Notes: generated from the sequence alone by a model not told the origin. Positions 1 to 9,382 are shown, counted from the first letter of the stretch. The stretch is 38,159 bases of DNA from Actinomycetota bacterium (GCA_036257875.1 DATAEV010000219.1:1-38159); one strand, 5' to 3'. Numbers and translations are program-made.

Positions 1-1
1 C

Positions 2-310
2 AAGCACGGACAGACGCTCGATGCGATCCAGGAACTCGCTCGGAACGTGGTCGGGCGGCGCCTCGATGAGCGTATCCGGGTCCTGGTCGACGTCGAGGAC
101 TACCGGAAGCGGAGAGCCACCCGGCTTGAAGAACGCGCACGCGAAGCGGCCGAGCGAGCGCTGGCAACCGGACAAGAGCAGGAGCTCGAGCCGATGGACG
201 CGCTCGAACGGAAGATCGTCCACGACGCCGTCGCTACGATCGACGGCGTCCAGAGCGGTTCTCGGGGCGAGGATCCGAATCGGTTCGTCGTCATCAGCCC
301 GCTCGATTGA
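2..310 (+). CDS. jag: Jag/KhpB-family RNA-binding protein, C-terminal part (KH/R3H); 5' end lies outside the window
   Basis: Frame 2 is open from base 2 (KHGQTLDAIQELARNVV...). R3H-like segment MDALERKIVHDAVATIDGVQSGSRGEDPNRFVVISP. It sits directly upstream of rsmG-parA-parB, the canonical jag position. Confidence 0.8.
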   Translation, partial: KHGQTLDAIQELARNVVGRRLDERIRVLVDVEDYRKRRATRLEERAREAAERALATGQEQELEPMDALERKIVHDAVATIDGVQSGSRGEDPNRFVVISPLD

Positions 311-339
311 AGGGATCGTCGCCCCCGCTCCTGTAGGGG

Positions 340-957
340 ATGTTTCACGTGAAACATGAGGCTTGGGGTCGGTGGGGCGAGGTACTCGACTTCCCGATCG
401 ACGCTCGGGTGGCCGATCGGCTGGACCACTATGAGCACCTGCTCCTTGAGAAAGCTTTCCCCTTTGGCATGATCGGACGGGGCGATCGAGGGCAGCTCCG
501 CGAGCGCCACATCGTCGATTCGCTCCGGGCCGCCACTCTCCTGGGTCCTGGACCGGGACGAGTGGTGGATCTCGGCTCAGGTGCGGGCTTGCCGGGGATC
601 CCGCTCGCGGTCGCGCGCCAGGACCTGACTTTCTGCCTGGCGGAACTCCGCAAACGCCGCATCGCCTTCATGGAGCTGGCGGTCGATAGCCTCGGGCTGA
701 GCAACGTAACGGTTTTCGCCGGCAAGGTTGAACAGCTCACCGGTCCGTTCGATGCGTGCCTCTCCCGAGCCTTCGCCGAGGTTGATCGAGCGTGGACGAT
801 CGCTGAAAGATTGCTCTCACCCACCGGCACGCTCCTATTCTGGGCCGGTCGGAGCGTCGATGTCGGTGCCGGAATGCCTGCGGGAGCACGTATGTCGGTT
901 TCTGCCGCGCCCGGCCTTGCGGATGCCGGGCCTGTCGTTATCATGAGCCGGCAGTGA
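340..957 (+). CDS. rsmG: 16S rRNA (guanine527-N7)-methyltransferase RsmG (GidB)
   Basis: SAM-binding motif VVDLGSGAGLPGIPLA and the segment HIVDSL. Located between jag and parA. The first codons (MFHVKH) are encoded by parS, so the true start is uncertain. The stop overlaps the parA start (GTGA). Confidence 0.9.
   Translation: MFHVKHEAWGRWGEVLDFPIDARVADRLDHYEHLLLEKAFPFGMIGRGDRGQLRERHIVDSLRAATLLGPGPGRVVDLGSGAGLPGIPLAVARQDLTFCLAELRKRRIAFMELAVDSLGLSNVTVFAGKVEQLTGPFDACLSRAFAEVDRAWTIAERLLSPTGTLLFWAGRSVDVGAGMPAGARMSVSAAPGLADAGPVVIMSRQ
341..356. promoter_or_regulatory. parS: parS centromere-like site (ParB binding), perfect 16-bp palindrome TGTTTCACGTGAAACA
   Basis: Read directly from the sequence. 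It is identical to the consensus parS (TGTTNCACGTGAAACA) and fully self-complementary. It lies about 0.6 kb upstream of parA. Confidence 0.85.
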
Positions 958-2468
958 GCAAGCCTTCTCCCGACGCTACTTCGTCGTCCCCTCGTTCTGA
1001 CAAGGGCACCCAAGGCCCGGCCACGGGCAAGGAGCGAGGTCGGAAGAAGCAGGCGCCCACCCCCCCAGCAGAACCGGGCGTGGCGCGGATCGTCGCTATC
1101 GCGAACCAGAAGGGCGGCGTTGGCAAATCAACCACTGCCGTCAGCCTTGGGGCGGCTCTCGCCGAACTCGGCTTCCGGATCCTCGTCGTCGACCTCGATC
1201 CGCAGGGGAACGCGTCCACGGGCATGGGGATACGCCACGAGGCGCGCGGCGTGACGGTGTATGACGTCGTCCTTTCGGAGGCACCGGTCGAAAGCGCCAT
1301 CGTGCCGACCTCGGTGAAGCATCTGGACGCGGTCCCCTCCACGATCGATCTGGCCGGAGCGGAGATCGAGCTGGTCAGCCAGTTCTCCCGCGAGACGCGC
1401 CTCAAGAAGGCGCTCGCCCCCGTGGGGGAGGGCCGCTACGACTTCATCTTCTTGGATTGCCCGCCATCCCTGGGCCTGTTGACCATCAACGCCCTCACGG
1501 CCGCGGAGGAGCTGATCGTGCCGATCCAGTGCGAGTACTACGCGCTGGAGGGGCTGGGACAGCTCCTTCGGAACGTCAACCTGGTCCAGCAGAACATCAA
1601 CCCGGAGCTCAGACTCACGGGCATCGTGATGACGATGTTCGACCCGCGGACGAAGCTTTCGGAACAGGTAGTGGAGGAGGTCCGCCGCTTCTTCGGAGAG
1701 GTCGTGTACGACGTCGTCATCCCGCGCACGGTTCGACTCTCCGAGGCGCCGGGCTTCGGTCAACCGATCACCGTCTACGACCCCCGGTCGAAAGGTGCCG
1801 AGTCCTATCGGCGGCTGGCCCGGGAGGTCGCGGCCCGGCCGCGCCCGGACAGCCCGATGCCCGTCTTCGACGATCTTCCGTCCGTCGTGGTCCAGGCTCC
1901 ATCGGGCGATGCTGGTGGAACGGCATCGGACGAGATCCCTGAGGAGACGCAGCCGGACGCGGAGCTCGACCCGGCACCAACCTCTCAGATGGAGGCAGTT
2001 GCCGAGCCGGAACCTGCGTCGGAGCCGGATCCACAGCCGGAGCGCGCTCCGAAGCCGGACCCGGAACCCGAACCAGCGTCCGCGCCAGCGCCCGACGCGG
2101 AGATGGCCTCAGCCCCAGCGACGATGGTCTCCGACCCGCTTCCGGCCCCACCGGCACCCGCCCTCGAGATAGTCCCGCAACCGGAGGGACCGAGCGAGAT
2201 CGGGTGGACCGAGGAGATGGAGGCGGCGGCCGAGCCGCGGGTTCGGCCGCCGCGACAGGTGCTGGCACCGGGTCGGCTCCCCGAACGACGTGTCGTCGTG
2301 ATCGGCGAGGATGCCGAGGTCGATATCGAAGCCGCGAGGGAGCCCCTGGTCCAGGTTCCCCAGCGCGTCGGCCCGACCGTCGATCGTGCGGGCCACATCG
2401 GGGAGACGTTGCAGGATGAGGACGCGCCGAAGCGCCGATGGCGGTTGTTCCGCAAGGGAGGCCAGTGA
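954..2468 (+). CDS. parA: ParA/Soj chromosome-partitioning ATPase with a ~44-aa basic N-terminal extension and a ~210-aa Pro/Glu-rich C-terminal extension
   Basis: Deviant Walker A (IANQKGGVGKSTT), then LVVDLDPQGNAS and FIFLDCPPSLG. GTG start overlaps the rsmG stop. The stop overlaps the parB ATG. Confidence 0.9.
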   Translation: MSKPSPDATSSSPRSDKGTQGPATGKERGRKKQAPTPPAEPGVARIVAIANQKGGVGKSTTAVSLGAALAELGFRILVVDLDPQGNASTGMGIRHEARGVTVYDVVLSEAPVESAIVPTSVKHLDAVPSTIDLAGAEIELVSQFSRETRLKKALAPVGEGRYDFIFLDCPPSLGLLTINALTAAEELIVPIQCEYYALEGLGQLLRNVNLVQQNINPELRLTGIVMTMFDPRTKLSEQVVEEVRRFFGEVVYDVVIPRTVRLSEAPGFGQPITVYDPRSKGAESYRRLAREVAARPRPDSPMPVFDDLPSVVVQAPSGDAGGTASDEIPEETQPDAELDPAPTSQMEAVAEPEPASEPDPQPERAPKPDPEPEPASAPAPDAEMASAPATMVSDPLPAPPAPALEIVPQPEGPSEIGWTEEMEAAAEPRVRPPRQVLAPGRLPERRVVVIGEDAEVDIEAAREPLVQVPQRVGPTVDRAGHIGETLQDEDAPKRRWRLFRKGGQ

Positions 2469-3367
2469 TGTCGAAGCGAGGGGGGCTCGGTCGAGGGTTA
2501 TCGGCGCTGATCCCTGGTGCGCCCGAGGCGGGTGAGGCCGCGGCGGGACTCATGGAGGTGCCGGTCAACGCGGTCGCCCCGAATCCGAAACAGCCACGGA
2601 CCCGCTTCGACGACGAGACCATCGCGACCCTCGCGGCGTCGATCAGAGAGGTCGGGATCCTGCAGCCGCTCGTCGTGCGTCGCGCGGGGGACGGGCGGTA
2701 CGAGCTCATCGCCGGAGAGCGACGCCTCCGAGCCGCGAAGGCGGCCGGGCTGGCGAGCGTCCCCATCGTCCTCCGGGATTCGGAGGATGCCGACCTCCTG
2801 CGTGAAGCGCTGATCGAGAACATCCACCGGGAGGATCTGAACCCGATCGAGCAGGCCGAGGCGTTCAAGGCGCTCCTCGGGGAGCTCGGGCTCAAGCAAG
2901 AGGAGCTTGCCGATAGGGTCGGTGTGTCGCGGTCACACATCGCGAACACGATCCGGCTCCTCGCGCTTCCTTTGGACGTTCAGCAGCTCCTCGCCGACGA
3001 GAAGATCACCGCCGGTCACGCGCGCGCGGTGCTCTCGCTGGGCGACAAGGAGGCGATGACGTCGCTCGCGACTCGGATCGCCGCGGAGGACCTCTCCGTT
3101 CGCCAGACCGAGGACGTCGTTCGACGCTTCCTCGAGGTTCCACAGGCGACCGAAGACAAGAAGCGCGTCGCGGAGTCCATCACGGCGAAGCCGGACGCCA
3201 ACCTCGCCGAGGTTGAAGAGATCCTCTCGGAGCAACTCGCCACGCGGGTTTCCATCCAGATGGGAGCGAAGCGGGGGAAGGTCGTGATCGAGTTCGGGTC
3301 GCCGGACGATCTGGAGCGCATCGTTTCCGAGATCGTCGGATCCGGCCCCGGCCTCGCCCCCGATTAG
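2468..3367 (+). CDS. parB: ParB/Spo0J chromosome-partitioning protein
   Basis: MSKRGGLGRGLSALIPG N-terminus; ParB box GERRLRAAKAAGL; HTH region. A strong SD (AAGGGAGG, 2454-2461) lies 6 nt before the ATG at 2468. The ORF-track start at 2438 is a less likely alternative. Confidence 0.9.
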   Translation: MSKRGGLGRGLSALIPGAPEAGEAAAGLMEVPVNAVAPNPKQPRTRFDDETIATLAASIREVGILQPLVVRRAGDGRYELIAGERRLRAAKAAGLASVPIVLRDSEDADLLREALIENIHREDLNPIEQAEAFKALLGELGLKQEELADRVGVSRSHIANTIRLLALPLDVQQLLADEKITAGHARAVLSLGDKEAMTSLATRIAAEDLSVRQTEDVVRRFLEVPQATEDKKRVAESITAKPDANLAEVEEILSEQLATRVSIQMGAKRGKVVIEFGSPDDLERIVSEIVGSGPGLAPD

Positions 3368-4299
3368 GTCCGACCGAGGACCGAACGTACGACGATGTCA
3401 CACAGATCGCTGAGGGTGAGTCCGCTGGCCTGGGCGGCCATCGGTACCAGCGACGTCTCCGTCATACCGGGCGAAACGTTGACCTCGAGCACCCAGGGCT
3501 GTTCGCTCGGGTCCACGATGAGGTCGACCCTGGTCAGATCCCGGAGGCGGAGGGCCGAGGCCGCTGTCGACGCCGCCTCGACGACGGCGGCTGAAGCGCC
3601 CTGCGAGGTCCGAGCCGGGCAGAAATACTCGGTGGCGCCGGCCGTGTAGCGGGCGGCGTAGTCGTAGATCCCCTCCTTCGGGACGATCTCCACGAGAGGC
3701 AACGGCTCGAGGTCCGCGCCGACGAGCGCTGCGGCCACCTCTCGGCCCTCCACCTTGGCTTCGACCAAGGCCGCCCCGCTGAACGACAGCGCAGCCATCA
3801 CCGCCTGGGGAAGGTCGGCCTCACGCTCGACGAAACTCATCCCCAACGCCGATCCGCTCCTGGAGGGTTTGACGACGCAGGGAAGTCCGATGCGTTCGAC
3901 CGCTTTGCCGAGTGCGGCGCCCCCGCCGAGATCACGGAGGGCCCACCCTTCGATCACGACCCAGGGAGGCGTCGGGACGCCGGCGCGCCGGAGCGCGTCT
4001 TTCGCCAGGACCTTATCGAACGCAACTTCGCAGTCGAACGCCGCGGTGCCCGTGTAAGGGATCTCCAAGAGGTCGAGGAGGCGTTGCACCGTTCCATCCT
4101 CACCTTCCTTGCCGTGCAAGGCAAGCCAGCAGAGATCGGGCCGCCGCTCCGCCAGGGCCTCGACCAGCGGCACCTCAGCGGGATCGAGGAGCCACCCCTC
4201 GTGCCCGAGGTCTTCGAGTGAGACTGTCATACGACGTCCGCTTCGGAGGGAGACGTCTCGTTCCGGCGTGCGGCCGCCCGCCACGATCGCGATCCTCAT
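3364..4299 (-). CDS. ddl: D-alanine--D-alanine ligase
   Basis: MRIAIVAGGRTPERDVSLRSG N-terminus, LHGKEGEDGTVQ, and an ATP-grasp region (KPSRSGSALGMS ... LEVNVSPGMT). The start overlaps the upstream aminotransferase stop (ATGA). Confidence 0.9.
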   Translation of the reverse strand: MRIAIVAGGRTPERDVSLRSGRRMTVSLEDLGHEGWLLDPAEVPLVEALAERRPDLCWLALHGKEGEDGTVQRLLDLLEIPYTGTAAFDCEVAFDKVLAKDALRRAGVPTPPWVVIEGWALRDLGGGAALGKAVERIGLPCVVKPSRSGSALGMSFVEREADLPQAVMAALSFSGAALVEAKVEGREVAAALVGADLEPLPLVEIVPKEGIYDYAARYTAGATEYFCPARTSQGASAAVVEAASTAASALRLRDLTRVDLIVDPSEQPWVLEVNVSPGMTETSLVPMAAQASGLTLSDLCDIVVRSVLGRT

Positions 4300-5528
4300 G
4301 ATCCGTGCAGGCTCCGGTACAGACGCGCGTCGTCCTCGAGGAGGGTGGCGAGCCGGGCGACGCCGTCACGGATCCGATCCTCGGTCGGATAGCAGTAGGC
4401 GAGCCGCATCCTATCCGCGCCCCGCGCGTCGGGATAGAACGCGGTACCCGGGACGTAGGCGACCCGTCGCTCCACCGCTGCCGCGAGCATCGCGGTCGTA
4501 TCGGACCACTCGGGAAGCGTGACCCAGACGTAGAAGCCCCCGGACGGACGGGTCCACGTCGCCGTGCCGGGGAAGTGCTCCTCGAGGGCATCGAGCATCG
4601 CACCGCGGCGCGCTCGATACGTGTCGACCAACCCGGTGAGCGCGGTCCTCCATCGTGAATCGTCGGAGAACCATCGCTCGGTGATGAGCATCGTGAAGTT
4701 CGAGCCGCAGAGATCGGCAGCCTCCTTCGCGAGCACGAGGCGCTGGATCACCGAGGGGTCGGCGAGGGCCCATCCCACGCGCACACCCGGTGAGAACGTC
4801 TTCGAGACCGTTCCGAGGTAGATCACGTTGCGAGGATCGAGGGAACGAAGACACGGCAGTGGCTCCCCGTCGAACCGAAGCAACCCGTACGGGTTGTCCT
4901 CGATGATGGGGATCCCGGTCTCGCGACACAGCGCCACGAGCTGCTCGCGGCGGCGTCCGGACATCGTGACCCCGGCGGGGTTGCCGAAGTTGGGGACCGT
5001 GTACACGAACGTTGGCCGCTCGCCGCGCACGATGGCTCGTTCGAGCTGTTCGACGATCATCCCTTCGTCATCGAGCTCGATCGTGAGGAATCGCGGCTGG
5101 TACGCAGCGAACGCGGTGAGTGCGCCGACGTAGGCGGGCGCTTCCACGGCGATCGTGTCGCCGGGGTCGATGAAGATCTTGCCGAGCAGATCGAGCGCCT
5201 GCTGGGCGCCGGTCGTGATCACGACGTCGTCTGGGTCGGCGTCGACGCCCTCCTCGGCCATGAGCATGGCCGCGCGCTCGCGCAGGGCGAGCTGCCCTTG
5301 ACCGCCTCCGTACTGCAGCGCCGTCGGTCCGAGATCGCGGACGACCTCGGTCGCAACCTCGAGCACATCCTGGGCAGGAAGTGCTTCGACGTAGGGCATC
5401 CCGCCTGCCAGGGAAACGACCTCAGGGCGTGAGGCCACCGCGAAGAGCGCCCGTACCTCGGATGCGGACATCCCGGAGGTCCGTTCGGCGTACCGGTCGA
5501 CGAAACGATCGATCGAGAACTCGGCCAT
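4296..5528 (-). CDS. PLP-dependent aminotransferase, class I/II fold (LysN/2-aminoadipate-transaminase-like, no HTH domain)
   Basis: SLAGGMPY motif. The PLP-lysine context is VSKTFSPGVRVGW. FGNPAGVT is also present. Length 410 aa. Confidence 0.8.
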   Translation of the reverse strand: MAEFSIDRFVDRYAERTSGMSASEVRALFAVASRPEVVSLAGGMPYVEALPAQDVLEVATEVVRDLGPTALQYGGGQGQLALRERAAMLMAEEGVDADPDDVVITTGAQQALDLLGKIFIDPGDTIAVEAPAYVGALTAFAAYQPRFLTIELDDEGMIVEQLERAIVRGERPTFVYTVPNFGNPAGVTMSGRRREQLVALCRETGIPIIEDNPYGLLRFDGEPLPCLRSLDPRNVIYLGTVSKTFSPGVRVGWALADPSVIQRLVLAKEAADLCGSNFTMLITERWFSDDSRWRTALTGLVDTYRARRGAMLDALEEHFPGTATWTRPSGGFYVWVTLPEWSDTTAMLAAAVERRVAYVPGTAFYPDARGADRMRLAYCYPTEDRIRDGVARLATLLEDDARLYRSLHGS

Positions 5529-5587
5529 GGGGATCGAAGGAAGACGGTCAGCCTAGCATCTGCGTCGGTCTGGACCGAGGAGCGCGG

Positions 5588-5842
5588 TCAGATCGTGGGC
5601 GGCGGCGGCGGTGGCATGCCGACGGCAGGCGGTCTCGCGCCAAGCTCAGGCCGACCGATGACGAGGTAGATGATCGCGCCGATCACCTGGGTGAGGACGA
5701 TCACGATGATCCAGATGAGCTTCGTCCCGCTGCGGTACATCGAGTCGTCTTGGACGCGGATGCAGTCGACGAGTGCGAAGATCCACAGGGCGATCCCCCC
5801 GATCCAGAGCAACCCGAACGCGCCGACGAACAGCCACTCCAT
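5588..5842 (-). CDS. PLD nuclease N-terminal (PLDc_N) domain small membrane protein
   Basis: 84 aa with two TM helices. WIFALVDCI ... KLIWIIVIVLTQVIGAIIYLVIGR is typical of PLDc_N. Pro-rich tail. The start abuts the upstream stop with 0 nt between them. Confidence 0.7.
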   Translation of the reverse strand: MEWLFVGAFGLLWIGGIALWIFALVDCIRVQDDSMYRSGTKLIWIIVIVLTQVIGAIIYLVIGRPELGARPPAVGMPPPPPPTI

Positions 5843-6799
5843 CTAGAGGTCGACCTTGGGGAGAACGTCGGTGGCGACGACCTCGAGCATCTCGAGGTCG
5901 TCGTACAACTCGTGGTTCAGGAAGATGCGCTGGACGCCCGCCGCCGCGTATCCGCGGAGGCGGGCGGCCGCTCGGTCGGACGATCCCACGATGCAATCGC
6001 GTTCTATCTCGGCTCGGTAGTCCTCGAACGGACCGGCATCCGGATCGATCGCGTGCGCGCGATGGAGCTTGTCGAGGTATTCGTCCTCGGTCCGTCCCAC
6101 GAAGAACCACGTCATCAAGGACGTCACGAGCGTGGATGGATCACGGCCTTCCGCCTCGGCTCCCGCCCGCGCCCGCGCGAAGCGCCCAACGACTTCGTTC
6201 GGCAGGCCGCCCACCGTGTTGAACTCGTCCGCGTATCGACCGATCAACCGTTGCATCCTTGGCCCGACGGCCTTGCCGCCGAGGATCAGGGGTGGGTGCG
6301 GATGCTGCACGGGCTTCGGGAGGAATTCGGCGTCATCCAGCCGGTAGTACGTCCCGTCGAACGAGAACCGCTCCTGCGTCCAGAGTCCGTGGACGATGGC
6401 AACCGCTTCCTCGAGTCGGGCCCAGCGCTCGTGCACGTCGAAGAACGGGAAGCCGAACTGCGTATGCTCCTCCTCCCACCAACCTGCCCCCATCCCGACC
6501 TCGACGCGACCACCGCTGATCTCGTCGACCGTCGTCGCCGCCTTCGCGAGGAGCGCGGGCGCGCGGAAGGTGACGGGTGACACCAAGGTCCCGAGCCGGA
6601 TACGCGACGTGCGCGCGGCGAGCGCGCCGAGCAACGTCCACGCGTCCGTCGCCCCCTGGCCCGAGACGCCCCGCGCGCTGAAGTAGTGATCCGATCGGAA
6701 CAGCCCTTCGAACCCGAGCTCCTCGCACGCGTCCGCGAGCGCGCACCAATCTCGCCACGTGACACCTTGCTGACCTTCGATCATCAGGCACACGCGCAT
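5843..6799 (-). CDS. LLM-class (luciferase-like) F420-dependent oxidoreductase
   Basis: MRVCLMIEGQQGVTW ... GFEGLFRSDHY ... GAGWWEEEH is typical of the luciferase-like monooxygenase/F420 family. Length 318 aa. Confidence 0.8.
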   Translation of the reverse strand: MRVCLMIEGQQGVTWRDWCALADACEELGFEGLFRSDHYFSARGVSGQGATDAWTLLGALAARTSRIRLGTLVSPVTFRAPALLAKAATTVDEISGGRVEVGMGAGWWEEEHTQFGFPFFDVHERWARLEEAVAIVHGLWTQERFSFDGTYYRLDDAEFLPKPVQHPHPPLILGGKAVGPRMQRLIGRYADEFNTVGGLPNEVVGRFARARAGAEAEGRDPSTLVTSLMTWFFVGRTEDEYLDKLHRAHAIDPDAGPFEDYRAEIERDCIVGSSDRAAARLRGYAAAGVQRIFLNHELYDDLEMLEVVATDVLPKVDL

Positions 6800-6914
6800 G
6801 TGGGTAGCCTAACGGTCGATGTCGGAGCACCTTGAACCACCCGGCGAGGCGGGCCGCGCCGTCCGGGCGATCGTGCTCGGGGCCGCACTGGGAACTGTGC
6901 TCGATCTGCTCGCG

Positions 6915-6937
6915 CGGGCGCGTGATCGACGCGCCCG
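6915..6937 (-). terminator. GC-rich stem-loop 12 nt downstream of the cwlM stop (9-bp stem CGGGCGCGT/ACGCGCCCG, 5-nt loop); no U-tract
   Basis: The inverted repeat was read directly. Its position just after the stop codon at 6950 suggests an intrinsic (I-shaped) terminator or a stabiliser. Confidence 0.4.
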
Positions 6938-6949
6938 TCGCGCAGCCAC

Positions 6950-8008
6950 CTAGCCGAAGAAACGCCGTGCGCCGTCCGCGACCGCGCGGGCGACGCGCGG
7001 CGGGAACCCCTCGTCGTCGATCAACGAAGCCTCGAGCTCATTCGTCGCCACGAGCGGTTCGACCTGTACGGCAGGCATCCTCGTCTCTCTGAGCATCCCG
7101 ACGGTCAGTCGCTGGAGCCGGCCGCGGCGGCCGAACTCCCGCTCCAACTCCTCCAAGATCAACTCAGCGAGGCGCCGGCCGGCGGGGGAGTAGGTCGTGG
7201 CGCTGCCGAAGTACGAGCAGGTCGGACCGCTCGCCTCGGGGACGCCGCCACCGAGGTGTACAGACACGCACAGCGAGGCGCCGAGCTCGTTCGCCACCCG
7301 GGCGCGATCCGAAGGTGCGGCCGTATCGCCGTGCAGGATCTCGGGCTTGGCACCGAGGCCCGCGAGGCGTTCGGCGACCGACGCGGCCATCGCCACCCGA
7401 ACGTCCTCGGGGCCATCGGCCGGTCCATCCCCCGGATCGATCACGATGATCTTCCCGTGGATCGATCCGCGCATCCCACGCAGCTCCTCCACCTCCCGCA
7501 CGACCGCGCGGCTCGGCACGTCTTCGAGCGGCCGCATGCGTTGGATGGTCGCGATCGTATGCAGACCGACCATGCCGTCGGGCTCTTCACCGACGTTTCG
7601 TTGGAACTCCCGCACCGCCAGGTCCGTCCGTTGGCCGTGGACCCCGTCCTCCTTCCCGGCGTCGAACCCCAACGCGTTGAGCTTGCGTTGGAGTTCGCGG
7701 ACATCGTCGCCTCGGAACGGGGGCGCGTGCAGGTAGAGCGTTCGATCCCCGAGCCGGAACCCTGCTTCGACGAGCTGCATCCAGGTGTCCGGCCCTACCA
7801 GGCCGTCGACCCGGAGATGCCGGAGATCCTGGAACGCGCGGATGGCGGCTTCGGTGGAAGGACCGAACCACCCGGCCAGCTCACCCGGTGCCAGCGCATA
7901 GCCGAGGGCCGCCAGTCGCTGCTGGACGTCCAGCACCTCGGACCCGTGGTCCCCGAGCCGGAAGACGGTCATGCCTCGAGTCTGCGACTCGACCGGGGTG
8001 ACCCGCAA
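6950..8008 (-). CDS. cwlM: CwlM-like N-acetylmuramoyl-L-alanine amidase with two N-terminal peptidoglycan-binding (PG_binding_1) repeats
   Basis: Two LGxxGxxVxxLQxxL...DGxxGxxT repeats, then the amidase_3 core (IVIDPGDG ... SVHLGG). Synteny next to trxB-trxA matches Rv3915. The alternative start at 7972 (MTVFRLG) is plausible. Confidence 0.85.
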   Translation of the reverse strand: MRVTPVESQTRGMTVFRLGDHGSEVLDVQQRLAALGYALAPGELAGWFGPSTEAAIRAFQDLRHLRVDGLVGPDTWMQLVEAGFRLGDRTLYLHAPPFRGDDVRELQRKLNALGFDAGKEDGVHGQRTDLAVREFQRNVGEEPDGMVGLHTIATIQRMRPLEDVPSRAVVREVEELRGMRGSIHGKIIVIDPGDGPADGPEDVRVAMAASVAERLAGLGAKPEILHGDTAAPSDRARVANELGASLCVSVHLGGGVPEASGPTCSYFGSATTYSPAGRRLAELILEELEREFGRRGRLQRLTVGMLRETRMPAVQVEPLVATNELEASLIDDEGFPPRVARAVADGARRFFG

Positions 8009-8026
8009 ACGCGACCGTTCGCGCGG

Positions 8027-8350
8027 TTACAGATGCGGCGCAAGGTCGCGCAAGATCGCGTCCTTCGGCTTGGCGCCGATGACTCGGGCAACCTCCTGCC
8101 CGCCCTTGAACAGGATGAGGGACGGGATCGACATGACGCCGTAGGTGCGCGTGGCCTGCGGGTTCTCGTCGATGTTGAGCTTCGCTACCTTGAGGGTCTC
8201 ACCCTTCTCATTCCCGATCTCCTCCACGACGGGGGAGACCATGTGACACGGGACGCACCACTCCGCCCAGAAGTCCACGAGGACGGGGGTTTCGGAGTCG
8301 AGGACCTGTGCCTGGAAATCCGTTTCGGTGACCGTTCCGATGTTCGCCAT
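8027..8350 (-). CDS. trxA: Thioredoxin with a non-canonical WCVPC active site
   Basis: 107 aa. VLVDFWAEWCVPCHMVSP ... MSIPSLILFKGG is the classic Trx fold signature, except Val replaces Gly in the CxxC. AAGGAG lies upstream. Confidence 0.9.
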   Translation of the reverse strand: MANIGTVTETDFQAQVLDSETPVLVDFWAEWCVPCHMVSPVVEEIGNEKGETLKVAKLNIDENPQATRTYGVMSIPSLILFKGGQEVARVIGAKPKDAILRDLAPHL

Positions 8351-8446
8351 ATCCGTTTCGTTCTCCTTCGTTCGGGGCTTCCCGCGGGAACCGCAGGAAC
8401 CGACCCCTACGCTCCCAGAACGCTTGCCGACCGGGCCGGCATTCCG

Positions 8447-9382
8447 TCAGTTTGCGTGGGCCTCATGTTCGAGGAAGCGTTCGGCATCGATCGCGGCCTT
8501 ACACCCCTGGCCCGCAGCGGTAACGGCCTGACGGTAGACCCGGTCGGTCACATCGCCAGCCGCGAAGACCCCCGGGACGCTCGTCGCCGTCCGAGGCTCG
8601 GCGACCGTGATGTACCCCTCCTCGTCCAGCGCCAGTTTGCCGCGGAACAAGGACGTGTTCGGGTCGTGTCCGATCGCGACGAACAGACCGTCCGCGGGGA
8701 AGGTGCGCGATCCCCCGGTACGGAGGTCGTTCAGCGTGACGCCCGAGACCGCGTCGTCACCGTGGACCTCCTCCACCGTCGCGTTCCAGATCACGTCGAC
8801 CTTCGGGTTGGCAAGCGCGCGTGCCGACATCACCTTCGACGCGCGGAACTCGTCGCGGCGATGGACGATCGTGACCTTGCTCGCGAACTTGGTGAGGAAG
8901 GTGGCCTCCTCCATCGCGGTGTCGCCCCCGCCGACCACGACGAGCTCGCGATCGCGGAAGAAGAAGCCATCGCAGGTGGCGCACGCCGAGACGCCCCGGC
9001 CTCGGAGCTTCTCCTCACCCGGAACGCCGAGCCACCGCGCCGTCGCACCGGTCGCCACGATGATCGTGCGGGCTCGCCATTCCTGGTCGCCGGCCCGGAC
9101 GGCGAACGGCCGCTCCGACAGGTCGACGTCCGTGACGTGCACCGGGAGGATCTCCGCGCCGAAGCGCGCGGCTTGCTTCTCCATCTGATCCATGAGCTCG
9201 GGGCCGAGGAGCCCGTCGGCGAAGCCCGGATAGTTCTCCACGTCGGTCGTCAACATCAGCTGGCCACCGGCCTCGAGACCTTTCAGGACGAGGGGTGCGA
9301 GGTTCGCCCGCGCGGCGTAGAGGGCGGCCGTGAACCCGGCCGGCCCCGAGCCGATCACGATCACGTTCCGCGGTTCGTCCAC
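8447..9382 (-). CDS. trxB: Thioredoxin-disulfide reductase
   Basis: GSGPAG FAD motif, redox-active [21 protein letters not shown] motif and a C-terminal AAGD motif. GTG start preceded by GGGAGGA. Confidence 0.95.
   Translation of the reverse strand: MDEPRNVIVIGSGPAGFTAALYAARANLAPLVLKGLEAGGQLMLTTDVENYPGFADGLLGPELMDQMEKQAARFGAEILPVHVTDVDLSERPFAVRAGDQEWRARTIIVATGATARWLGVPGEEKLRGRGVSACATCDGFFFRDRELVVVGGGDTAMEEATFLTKFASKVTIVHRRDEFRASKVMSARALANPKVDVIWNATVEEVHGDDAVSGVTLNDLRTGGSRTFPADGLFVAIGHDPNTSLFRGKLALDEEGYITVAEPRTATSVPGVFAAGDVTDRVYRQAVTAAGQGCKAAIDAERFLEHEAHAN

Noticed and set aside
1768-2949. 393-aa minus-strand ORF and several smaller ORFs across the parA tail and parB
   Set aside because: They are antisense or off-frame to parA and parB. 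The parA frame is the one that couples to the SD-preceded parB start.
8379-8390. 12-bp palindrome TTCCCGCGGGAA between trxB and trxA
   Set aside because: It is too short and has no loop, so it would not make a stable terminator. I know of no cognate regulator motif, and a chance palindrome is plausible in GC-rich DNA.
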